Shown here in pieces: positions 27,488 through 36,515 of a DNA stretch of 64,000 nt (its first letter is position 1; each line of letters starts with the position of its first letter). The position numbers and the translations under genes are program-made. The DNA lies in NCBI GenBank assembly GCA_947085425.1, contig CAMTWK010000026.1, forward strand, positions 6,507-70,506, read 5' to 3'. Origin of the DNA: an uncultured Burkholderiales bacterium. GTDB taxonomy: Bacteria > Pseudomonadota > Gammaproteobacteria > Burkholderiales > Usitatibacteraceae. The notes under the pieces were generated by a model, which was not told the DNA's origin, ran no database searches, and saw nothing but the letters and a program-made list of their open reading frames with translations.

Positions 27488-29397
27488 TGCGCGCTCAAAT
27501 ATTTTCAACCAGTCTCGTCTGCAGTCTGCTATTGATTGCCTGCTCGGGCGGCGGTGGTAATGAGACAACTGTTTGTCAAACAAATTGCACACCACCGGCG
27601 GCACCAGCAGTCGATGCACTGTCCGTGGCCGATGTTGAGCGGGTGATTGCGCAGGCCGCGTCCGAAGCAAACGCACGCAGTCAGCGCGCCACCATTGCCG
27701 TGGTGGATCGGGTTGGTAACGTATTGGCCGTGTACCGCATGAATGGTGCCGCCACCACCTTTCGCATCAGTAGTGGCCGCGGCGTGAATGGCGGCTTGGA
27801 AAACATCGACATTCTGCCGGATGGCCTTGCGGCCATCAGCAAGGCCATTACCGGCGCCTATTTATCCTCCAACGGCAATGCATTTTCATCGCGCACCGCC
27901 AGCCAGATTGTGCAGGAGCACTTTAATCCGCGTGAACTTAATCAACCGAGTGGCCCGTTATACGGTGTGCAGTTTTCGCAATTGCCGTGCTCGGATTTAA
28001 TGCGCCGCGCCAGCGACGGCAGCGTTGGCCCGAAGCGTTCACCATTGGGTCTGTCCGCCGATCCGGGTGGCTTGCCACTCTACAAAAACAATCGGCTGGT
28101 GGGCGGTGTGGGCGTGATTGCCGATGGTGTTTATGGCCTCGATCTCGACGCCACCGACATTGATCAAAGCATCGACGAATTGATCGCGGTGGCCGGTACC
28201 AGCGGATTCGCCGCACCGGATGATATTCGTGGCAATCGCATTACCGCCGATGGTCGCACCTTTCGTTTTGTAGACTCTGAATCGCTGCAGTCCAACCCGG
28301 CACAAGCGCCTGCCCTGGCGGCAATCAGCGGCGCACTTATTTCAGTCGGTGGCTATTTTGACGGCGCGATACGTTTCGGCACCTCGTTTGGCAACGCCGC
28401 ATCGGGCTATCGCGCTGCCACCTCCACTGATCCCAGCCAGTTGGTGGCGCAAAGTGCATTTGTATTGGTGGACGCGGCCAACAACAATCGTTTTGCAGCC
28501 CGCGCCGGTACCGATGGTCTGATCACACTGGCCGAAGCCACCACCATTGCCAGCGAAGCCATCAAAGTCGCCAATCGCACCCGCGCACAAATTCGCCGAC
28601 CACTGAATACCCAAGCACAAGTGACCGTGTCGGTGGTCGATACCAACGGCAACATTCTGGTCATCGCCCGCACACCGGACGCCCCGATCTTTGGCACCGA
28701 TGTGAGTTTGCAAAAAGCCCGCACCGTCATGTTGTTTTCGCATCCAAATGCCGCCAGCGATCTTTCAGCCCTGCCCAACATCACCTACCTGGGTGCCGGC
28801 GGTAACCCGGTCGGTGGTGCGCGTACGTTTGCGCAAACCATTACCGCTACACGATCATTTTTTAACGACCCTGCCATGCTGTCGAACGGGATCGCGTTTT
28901 CCAATCGCGCCATCGGCAGCATCGCCCGCCCCTATTTTCCGGATGGCATTATCGGCACCAGTGCCGGCCCCTTGTCATCATCCATCACCAGTTGGAGCCC
29001 GTTTAATGTCGGCTTACAACTCGACCTGAGTTATAACGCCATCATTGCAGCCGCGTCCAGCCCAACCGGTGACTCAGTTACCGGTGGCTGCACCGGGTTA
29101 TCCAAGGCAAGAAATGGTATCCAGATTTTTGCCGGGGCGGTGCCGATTTATCGGGGCAACCAATTGGTTGGTGCCATAGGTGTTTCCGGTGATGGGGTCG
29201 ATCAGGACGACTTGATTTCCTTTTATGGCCTGCATAACGCGGGCGTGGTTCTCAACACCAACATCGGCAATGCGCCCAAACCAATACGTGCCGATAATTT
29301 AGTCCCGCAGGGACTCGGCACCCGTTTACGTTACGTGCAATGCCCGGTCGCGCCGTTTATCAACGGCAGCGAACAAAACGTTTGTGAGGGTTTGTGA
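27484..29397 (+). CDS. Lipoprotein with two GlcG/DUF336-like (haem-binding/'haem-degrading' fold) domains
   Basis: 637 aa with a lipobox LLLIAC followed by SGGGG. Domain 1 is ATIAVVDRVGNVLAVYRMNGA...GGLPLYKNNRLVGGVGV. Domain 2 is VTVSVVDTNGNILVIARTPDAPIFGTDVSLQKA...GAVPIYRGNQLVGAIGVSGDGVDQDD. The ATG overlaps the upstream stop (ATGA). Confidence 0.7.
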   Translation: MMRAQIFSTSLVCSLLLIACSGGGGNETTVCQTNCTPPAAPAVDALSVADVERVIAQAASEANARSQRATIAVVDRVGNVLAVYRMNGAATTFRISSGRGVNGGLENIDILPDGLAAISKAITGAYLSSNGNAFSSRTASQIVQEHFNPRELNQPSGPLYGVQFSQLPCSDLMRRASDGSVGPKRSPLGLSADPGGLPLYKNNRLVGGVGVIADGVYGLDLDATDIDQSIDELIAVAGTSGFAAPDDIRGNRITADGRTFRFVDSESLQSNPAQAPALAAISGALISVGGYFDGAIRFGTSFGNAASGYRAATSTDPSQLVAQSAFVLVDAANNNRFAARAGTDGLITLAEATTIASEAIKVANRTRAQIRRPLNTQAQVTVSVVDTNGNILVIARTPDAPIFGTDVSLQKARTVMLFSHPNAASDLSALPNITYLGAGGNPVGGARTFAQTITATRSFFNDPAMLSNGIAFSNRAIGSIARPYFPDGIIGTSAGPLSSSITSWSPFNVGLQLDLSYNAIIAAASSPTGDSVTGGCTGLSKARNGIQIFAGAVPIYRGNQLVGAIGVSGDGVDQDDLISFYGLHNAGVVLNTNIGNAPKPIRADNLVPQGLGTRLRYVQCPVAPFINGSEQNVCEGL

Positions 29398-31265
29398 TGC
29401 GGCCGGCTTGGACATTGCCGAATAAGCCGTGCCAGGTGGTGTCCCTACACGCGCTGTTGCTGGTTTGTGCCGGCACTTGTGTCATGGATGTCGCGGCGTT
29501 TTCGCCACCAGCGTTAACGGCGCCACAGCAATTAGCCCCCACACCAGTGGACGAGGCCGAACCAATTGTGCGTTCGCGTGCACCGTCGGACACACGCACA
29601 CCCATGAAATATCCATTACCGCCCATCGACCCGACAAAAGTCGATGCGCCGACTCCTATGGATATTCGTCAATCCATCTCAGTGCCGGACCGCTGGCGCA
29701 TTATGGATTCGCTTGGGTTCAAATTTCCATGGTACGACCCGTATAACCACAACGTCTGGAAGGGTGACAAACCATTTCCACCGTTTGCCAAATTGCACGG
29801 TGGCAACAACAACGACTGGTTCTTGGCGCTGTCGGTGATTTCCGATTCGCTGATCGAGACGCGTCGGCTGCCGCTGCCGGTTGGCGCACAGTCGTCGTTG
29901 CGACCGGACGCGAACAATGTGTTTGGCCGTGGCAAACAAACGGTTTTTGTCGAGACCGTCATCCTGTCAGCGGCAGTGATCAAGGGAAACACCACCTTTC
30001 GCCCGCCCGACTACGAATTCCGTTTTGTGCCGGCCTTTCAAATCAACCATGCCCGCATCGGGGAGGTGCGCGGGTTAAAAATCGATCCGCGCCTTGGGAA
30101 GAGTCGCACCGACCGCCATTTTGCAGTGCAGGAATTATTCGGCGATGTGCATTTGCGCAACGTCTCCGACCATTACGATTTTGACTCGCTGCGGGTGGGC
30201 ATTCAGCCGTTCATTTCCGATTTCCGTGGTTTTGTTTTCCAAGATGTGCCGTTCGGCGTGCGCCTGTTTGGCAATCGCGACAACAATTTTTGGCAGTACA
30301 ACGTTGGTTATTTCCGGCGCATGGAAAAAGACACCAATAGCGGCCTCAATGACTTCAGCCAAAAAATGCGCCGCGATCATTTGTTTGTCGCCAATGCCTA
30401 TCACCAGGATTTTCCGGTCATCGGCCATACCACGCAGGCAACCATCATTCACAACGTCAACCGTGAATCAGCGGCGGATTATTACGATCGCAACGGCTTT
30501 TTGATCCGTCCGGCGGTGATTGGTGACGCACGACCGCGCAACTACAACGTGACTTATGTGGGGTTGAGCGGCGACGGGCACATCGATCGATGGAATCTGA
30601 CCACCTCGGTGTACGGCGCGTTCGGCACCGATCAGCGCCATCCGCTGGCGCAGAAAAAGCAAACCATTCGCGCCGGTTTCGCCGCCGCCGAACTTTCCCG
30701 CGACTTCAGCTGGCTGCGGGTGCGCGGCAATGCGCTGATTGCCAGCGGCGACAAAAATCCGTTTGACGGCAAGGCGACCGGCTTTGATGCCATTTTCGAA
30801 AACCCGCAGTTTGCCGGTGCCGACACCAGTTTTTTTATTCGCCAGGCGATTCCCCTACTCGGCGGCGGTGGCGTGGCCTTATCACAACGTAACGGTGTGT
30901 TGCCGTCGCTGCGCTCCTCCAAGGATCAAGGCCAATCGAATTTTGTCAATCCCGGCCTAACTTTGATTGGTATGGGCGCGGACGCGGACCTCACACCACG
31001 TATTCGACTGATTGCCAATATTTCCAAGCTCAATTTTATAAACACCTCGTCACTTTCGGTGTTGCGCAATCAACACGTCACGTCAAAAAATCTCGGAGTT
31101 GATATTTCGGCAGGTGTGCAAATCCGACCGGTCATGAGCCAGAACATCGTGCTCAACATTTCCGGCGCGGCGCTGCTTCCCGGCCGCGGACTCAAACAGT
31201 TGTACGATGAAGACAAACGTGGGCCGCAATATTCCGTGTTATTTAACTTGATCCTGACCTATTGA
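29394..31265 (+). CDS. Putative outer-membrane beta-barrel protein (no haem motifs)
   Basis: 623 aa with a signal-like N-terminus. Alternating hydrophobic patterns are frequent, and the C-terminus YSVLFNLILTY ends in an aromatic residue, as in OMP beta-signals. The start overlaps the upstream stop (GTGA; ATG 29397 is the alternative). Confidence 0.5.
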   Translation: MMRPAWTLPNKPCQVVSLHALLLVCAGTCVMDVAAFSPPALTAPQQLAPTPVDEAEPIVRSRAPSDTRTPMKYPLPPIDPTKVDAPTPMDIRQSISVPDRWRIMDSLGFKFPWYDPYNHNVWKGDKPFPPFAKLHGGNNNDWFLALSVISDSLIETRRLPLPVGAQSSLRPDANNVFGRGKQTVFVETVILSAAVIKGNTTFRPPDYEFRFVPAFQINHARIGEVRGLKIDPRLGKSRTDRHFAVQELFGDVHLRNVSDHYDFDSLRVGIQPFISDFRGFVFQDVPFGVRLFGNRDNNFWQYNVGYFRRMEKDTNSGLNDFSQKMRRDHLFVANAYHQDFPVIGHTTQATIIHNVNRESAADYYDRNGFLIRPAVIGDARPRNYNVTYVGLSGDGHIDRWNLTTSVYGAFGTDQRHPLAQKKQTIRAGFAAAELSRDFSWLRVRGNALIASGDKNPFDGKATGFDAIFENPQFAGADTSFFIRQAIPLLGGGGVALSQRNGVLPSLRSSKDQGQSNFVNPGLTLIGMGADADLTPRIRLIANISKLNFINTSSLSVLRNQHVTSKNLGVDISAGVQIRPVMSQNIVLNISGAALLPGRGLKQLYDEDKRGPQYSVLFNLILTY

Positions 31266-31266
31266 A

Positions 31267-34200
31267 ATGAAACAAAACTCGTTTATGGGTAAGCCTTTTC
31301 AAGCAAAAATGTTCGTGAACGCGCTGCTGTGCTTGAGTTTGCTCGGCGCCGCTGTTGACACCACTGCCAGTGGCGGCGAAAAGCCGGTGGCGCGCAGCTA
31401 CGCGGTGACGCCGGCTGCGCCGGCGCGGCAATCGGTCATGGACGAATCACAAAAGTCATTTGGCTGTGTGTCGTGTCATACCACCACCGATCGCCATACC
31501 ATGCACGCCAATCCCGGTGTGGTGATTGGTTGCACCGATTGTCACGGCGGTGACGCCAAAGTGGTCAAGCCTGCCAATGTGGTTCGCACCGGTCAAGGGG
31601 AAAAACAATACGCAGAGTTGATGGCCAAGGCGCATATCCTGCCGCGTTTTCCCGCTGCCTGGAATACCCCGTCCAGCTCCAACCCGGAGTCAACCTACAC
31701 ACTGCTCAATCGTGAAGCGCGTGAGTTTGTGCGATTTATCAACCCCGGTGATTTACGTGTCGCCCGTGAAGCCTGCGGCGCCTGCCATCTGGAAATTATT
31801 CAGGCGGTCGAACGCAGCCTCATGTCAACTTCGGCGATGTTATGGGGCGGCGCATCGTATAACAACGGCATTCTTCCCTATAAGCGTTACATCCTCGGCG
31901 AAGCCTATACCGCCAATGGTGTGGGTGCGTTACTAAAGAATCCGGTGCCGGTCACCCCGCACATGACCGCGATGGGCATTCTGCCGTCACTCGCACCCTT
32001 ACCCGCCTGGGAAACGATTCCACCGGGTGATGTGTTCCGGGTGTTCGAGCGTGGCGGCCGGGTGATCAACACACAATTCCCCGAAGTCGGATTACCCAAC
32101 GTCAGCGGCGCGTTGCAAAAGCTGGATGAACCCGGCCGGCCGGACATCAAACAATCCAATCGTGGCCCCGCCACCGGTCAGCGAATCGCCGTACCGGTCA
32201 TCAACATCACCAAAACACGCCTCAACGATCCCCACCTGTGGTTCTTGGGCACCAACGAACAACCGGGTGACTATCGCTCCTCGGGTTGCACCGCCTGCCA
32301 TACCATTTACGCCAACGACCGCGACCCCAAACACAGTGGTCCGTATGCAAAGTTTGGCAACGAAGGCAAGAGTCAGAGCAAAGACCCCACCATCGACAAA
32401 ACCAAATCCGGCAGTCCGCTCAAACACGAGTTCACCCGCGCCATTCCCTCGTCGCAGTGTATGGTTTGCCATATGCACCAGCCCAACATATTCGTGAATT
32501 CGTTTTATGGCACCACCATGTGGGACTACGAAGCCGATGCGCCACAAATGTGGCCGAAAAAACAAAAGTACCCGACCGCCAAAGAATCGTTTGAGATTTT
32601 AAAACGCAATCCTGAGGAAGCGGCCACTCGCGGCCTGTGGGGCGACCGCGATTTCCTCAAACGCATCTGGGAAAACAACGACAAAAAGAAAGACACCCAG
32701 TTCGCCGATTACCACGGACACGGCTGGAACTTTCGGTATGTGTTCAAGCGTGATCGCAAAGGCACACTGCTCGATAAAAACAATGCGCCGGTGGCCGATA
32801 CCGATCCAAAAAAATTCGACAAGGCGGTACACCTGACCTCGATTCACCTCGACGTTGGCATGCATTGTGTGGATTGCCACTTCTCGCAGGACGTGCACGG
32901 CAACGGCCATATTTATGGCGAGGTGGCGGCGGCGATCGAAATTGATTGTATCGACTGCCACGGCACCGCCGACAAATTGCCAACACTGTTTACCTCCGGC
33001 CCGGCGGCCTCGCCGCAAGGTCGCGATTTACAACTGATGCGCACGCCGGATGGCCGCAAACGATTTGAGTGGATCAACGGTGACCTGTTTCAACGTTCGA
33101 GCCTCGATCCGAAACTCGAATGGAAAATGACCCTGGTAAAAAATAGTGTGACGCCTGGCAATGCCAAGTACAACGAAAAGGCGGCGCGCGCAAAATTAAT
33201 GCACAGCGGTGCATCGGGACGCGATGGGAATTGGGGGCCGGGTAGTACACCAACCCAATCGGCAGCAAACGATTACGCCCACAGCAACGAAAAAATGACT
33301 TGTTACACCTGCCATCTTTCCTGGACCACCTCGTGTGCGGGTTGCCATTTGCCGATTCAGGCCAATGCCAAAACCGATAAACAACATTACGAAGGGGGCG
33401 AATCACGCAACTACGCCACCTACAACCCGCAAGTGGCACGCGACGATATGTTTCAGCTGGGTCGCCACGGCCCGGTCAAAGGCAGCCGTATTGCACCGGT
33501 GCGCTCCAGCTCGGCGTTGGTCCTGTCGTCGATGAATGCCAATCGTGAGCGTATTTATATCCAACAGCCGCCGATTGCCGCAAGTGGCTTTTCCTCACAG
33601 GCGTTCGCACCACACTACCCACACACCGAACGCAAAACCGAAACCAAAACTTGTAGCGACTGCCACGCCGCACGCGACGGCGACAACAACGCCATCATGT
33701 CGCAGCTGTTGTTACACGGTACCAACTACGTAAACTTTGTCGGCTTTAATGCATGGGTGGGCTCCGGCAAACACGTTGAAGCCGTACAAGTCACCGAATG
33801 GGACGAACCGCAGGCGGTGATTGGTAGTTATTTACACAAATACGCCTATCCGGATTGGTTTCAGAATCATCAAAAAGCCGGAAAAAAACTGCAACTGCAT
33901 CATTCACAAAGCACCGGTGGTCAGGCCGGCTGTGTGCAATTGCGCGGCGAATATTTGTTCGTCGCGGAAGGTGCGGGGGGCTTTCGGGTCTATGACGTCG
34001 CCTCGATTGCCAACAAGGGCATCTCGCAACGCATTATCTCGGCGCCGTTTTCACCGTTGGGACAAAACACCAACGTACCATCCAAAAATGCCACTTGTAT
34101 GGCTCTACCCACCAATCAAGCCATTGCACCGGAGCGCAACCAAGGCGACTTGATGCGCACCACCAATCAAGAGCAGGCGTTTCATCCGATTTACCACTAC

Positions 34201-35109
34201 GCATTTGTGGTCGATGCGGAAGAGGGCTTGATTGTGGTGAACGTGGATACGCTGGCGGATGGTGAGCCGCGCAATAATTTCCTGAAACGCGCCGCAACCT
34301 GGAACGAAGGCAATGTGCTCAAAGGTGCACGCCACATCGTATTGGGTGGGTATTACGCCTACGTGGCAACCGACAGTGGTCTGGTGGTATTAAATTTGAA
34401 CGATCCGCTTAAACCGAAGGTGGCGGCGAGTCTGCCTCTCGACAATATTCGAGCCTCTGCGTTGCAATTTCGTTATCTGTTTGTGACCACCGCCAAAGGC
34501 TTGGAAATCATCGACATCACCGACCCGAACAAACCCGCCGTCAAGGCCGGTGTACCGCTCGCTGATGCACGCCGCGTCTATGTGGCACGCACCTATGCCT
34601 ATGTGGCGGCCGGGCGTGATGGCTTGGTGATTATCGATGTCGAAAAACCAGAACAGCCGCGCCTATACACAAGCTTTACCTCTGGTGACGGCATCAATGA
34701 CAGTCACGACGTGATTGTTGGCTCGACCAACGCTTCGTTGTTTGCTTATATCGCCGACGGCAAGAATGGCCTGAAGGTGCTGCAACTCACTTCACCGGAT
34801 TCACAACCCAAGTTTTACGGTTTCTCACCCGAACCCAAGCCCGAGCTGATTGCCTGGCGTAAAACCGATTCACCGGCGCTGACCCTGGCAAAAGGGCTGG
34901 ATCGGGATCGGGGTGTCGATGAAACCGGTGGACAGATTGCCGTATTTGGACGAATTGGTTCACGGCCGTTTAATCGCGGCGAAATGGATAAGTTTTACCT
35001 GACACCGGAAGGTAAATTGTGGACCGTGACCGACGCCATCGAGACTGGAAAATTTGTACCGCTATCCGCGATAGTGGCCGCACCAACGGCGAGCGGAGGA
35101 GCACGGTAA
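31267..35109 (+). CDS. Secreted 1280-aa decahaem c-type cytochrome with a C-terminal LVIVD-repeat beta-propeller region
   Basis: The signal peptide is MFVNALLCLSLLGAAVDTTA. There are ten CxxCH: CVSCH, CTDCH, CGACH, CTACH, CMVCH, CVDCH, CIDCH, CYTCH, CAGCH, CSDCH. The C-terminal ~400 aa carry repeated GLxVxxxxDPxxP units: GLIVVNVDTLADGEP, GLVVLNLNDPLKP, GLEIIDITDPNKP, GLVIIDVEKPEQP, GLKVLQLTSPDSQP. Confidence 0.85.
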   Translation: MKQNSFMGKPFQAKMFVNALLCLSLLGAAVDTTASGGEKPVARSYAVTPAAPARQSVMDESQKSFGCVSCHTTTDRHTMHANPGVVIGCTDCHGGDAKVVKPANVVRTGQGEKQYAELMAKAHILPRFPAAWNTPSSSNPESTYTLLNREAREFVRFINPGDLRVAREACGACHLEIIQAVERSLMSTSAMLWGGASYNNGILPYKRYILGEAYTANGVGALLKNPVPVTPHMTAMGILPSLAPLPAWETIPPGDVFRVFERGGRVINTQFPEVGLPNVSGALQKLDEPGRPDIKQSNRGPATGQRIAVPVINITKTRLNDPHLWFLGTNEQPGDYRSSGCTACHTIYANDRDPKHSGPYAKFGNEGKSQSKDPTIDKTKSGSPLKHEFTRAIPSSQCMVCHMHQPNIFVNSFYGTTMWDYEADAPQMWPKKQKYPTAKESFEILKRNPEEAATRGLWGDRDFLKRIWENNDKKKDTQFADYHGHGWNFRYVFKRDRKGTLLDKNNAPVADTDPKKFDKAVHLTSIHLDVGMHCVDCHFSQDVHGNGHIYGEVAAAIEIDCIDCHGTADKLPTLFTSGPAASPQGRDLQLMRTPDGRKRFEWINGDLFQRSSLDPKLEWKMTLVKNSVTPGNAKYNEKAARAKLMHSGASGRDGNWGPGSTPTQSAANDYAHSNEKMTCYTCHLSWTTSCAGCHLPIQANAKTDKQHYEGGESRNYATYNPQVARDDMFQLGRHGPVKGSRIAPVRSSSALVLSSMNANRERIYIQQPPIAASGFSSQAFAPHYPHTERKTETKTCSDCHAARDGDNNAIMSQLLLHGTNYVNFVGFNAWVGSGKHVEAVQVTEWDEPQAVIGSYLHKYAYPDWFQNHQKAGKKLQLHHSQSTGGQAGCVQLRGEYLFVAEGAGGFRVYDVASIANKGISQRIISAPFSPLGQNTNVPSKNATCMALPTNQAIAPERNQGDLMRTTNQEQAFHPIYHYAFVVDAEEGLIVVNVDTLADGEPRNNFLKRAATWNEGNVLKGARHIVLGGYYAYVATDSGLVVLNLNDPLKPKVAASLPLDNIRASALQFRYLFVTTAKGLEIIDITDPNKPAVKAGVPLADARRVYVARTYAYVAAGRDGLVIIDVEKPEQPRLYTSFTSGDGINDSHDVIVGSTNASLFAYIADGKNGLKVLQLTSPDSQPKFYGFSPEPKPELIAWRKTDSPALTLAKGLDRDRGVDETGGQIAVFGRIGSRPFNRGEMDKFYLTPEGKLWTVTDAIETGKFVPLSAIVAAPTASGGAR

Positions 35110-36503
35110 TGAATCTGACCCAAAATTTTTCCCGTCAATGGCTGAATGGTTGTGTGGCCATCATGACCATTACTGCCATCGGCTGCGCCATGTTGCTGCC
35201 GTTGCACGCCGCTGCCGCCACCACCGCGGTGACAAACACATCCTCACCGCTGCTGCCGTATCAGTCGCCACACAAAACAGAAGGCGCAGTGACCTGCGCC
35301 TCGTCGCTTTGTCATGGCGCAATTACCAGCTGGAAAGACTCCAACGTTTTACAAAATGAGTACATCACCTGGAGCCGGCTCGACAAACACGCCCGCGCCT
35401 ACAACGTCTTGCTCAATGATCAATCAAAACTGATCGCAAAAAATCTCGGTCTGACGGAACCGGCGCATCAGGCAAAAATTTGTCTCGATTGCCACGCCCA
35501 CAATATTCCCGCCGCACGACATGGCGAACGATTTACCTTACAGGACAACATCACCTGTGAAGCTTGCCACGGTCCGGCCGAAAAGTGGTTGCGTCCACAC
35601 GTTGAACCCAACGCCAGCCATGCAAAAAATATTTCCTTGGGCCTGTACCCGACCGACGATCCACAGGCGCGCGCGAAATTATGTTTATCCTGCCACTTCG
35701 GCAACAAAGACAAACTGGTCACCCATCGCATCATGGGTGCCGGCCATCCACGCATGAGTTTTGAGTTGGAAAACTTTACCGCGTTGGCACCACGCCACTT
35801 TACCGTCGACAAAGACTACAGCCAACGCAAACGCGTCTGGGATGGCCTGAAAGTCTGGGCGATCGGCCAGGCATTGGCCGTCAGTGCCACCCTCGATATT
35901 CTCAACGACGACAAACTCGGTCGCGATGGTTTGTTCCCGGAATTGGTGCTGTTTGATTGCCACGCCTGCCACCGGCCGATGTCGGAAAACCGCCTGCAGA
36001 CCACCACCCCACTCGGCACCCGTGCCACGCCGGGTTTGGTGCGTTTAAACGACGCCAATATGTTGATGCTGCGGGTGATTGCGCGCGCACTCGATCCGGC
36101 ATTGGGTGAGAAGGTATCTGCTCATACCGTTAAGTTGCACCGCGCAATTGCCGGCGACGGTGACACACGCCAAGCAGCGACCCATTTGCAATCGTTGGCG
36201 GAAAACGTCGTCAATCTGATTGAAGCGAAAAAAATTGACGGTCCATTCATGACCTCGATCGCGCTGGGTTTGGTGGATGACGGCATTAAAGGTCTGTATC
36301 GCGACTACAGCTCCGCAGAACAAGCTGCGTTGGCGATTTCATCGGTGGGGCAATTCATGGCCAAACATGATGTGATGAAGTCACCAACCGCCTTTAATCG
36401 CGAATGGCAGAAACTCAACGCAACACTCAAACACGATGAAAAATTCAAACCGGAAGAGTTTGTTTCCGGACTCAGGGCGTTACGGCCCACCTTGGTTAAG
36501 TGA
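35109..36503 (+). CDS. Periplasmic multihaem c-type cytochrome (4 CxxCH + 1 CxxxxCH)
   Basis: Lies in ORF 35019..36503. ATG 35109 overlaps the upstream TAA (TAATG). The signal peptide is IMTITAIGCAMLLPLHAAAA. Haem motifs are CASSLCH, CLDCH, CEACH, CLSCH and CHACH. Confidence 0.8.
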   Translation: MNLTQNFSRQWLNGCVAIMTITAIGCAMLLPLHAAAATTAVTNTSSPLLPYQSPHKTEGAVTCASSLCHGAITSWKDSNVLQNEYITWSRLDKHARAYNVLLNDQSKLIAKNLGLTEPAHQAKICLDCHAHNIPAARHGERFTLQDNITCEACHGPAEKWLRPHVEPNASHAKNISLGLYPTDDPQARAKLCLSCHFGNKDKLVTHRIMGAGHPRMSFELENFTALAPRHFTVDKDYSQRKRVWDGLKVWAIGQALAVSATLDILNDDKLGRDGLFPELVLFDCHACHRPMSENRLQTTTPLGTRATPGLVRLNDANMLMLRVIARALDPALGEKVSAHTVKLHRAIAGDGDTRQAATHLQSLAENVVNLIEAKKIDGPFMTSIALGLVDDGIKGLYRDYSSAEQAALAISSVGQFMAKHDVMKSPTAFNREWQKLNATLKHDEKFKPEEFVSGLRALRPTLVK

Positions 36504-36515
36504 GGCACACAAACC

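Noticed and set aside
35295-35315. CASSLCH (C-x4-CH) as a novel haem-attachment motif
   Set aside because: CxxxxCH sites are well established in tetrahaem cytochrome c3-type proteins. I simply counted it as a fifth haem site.
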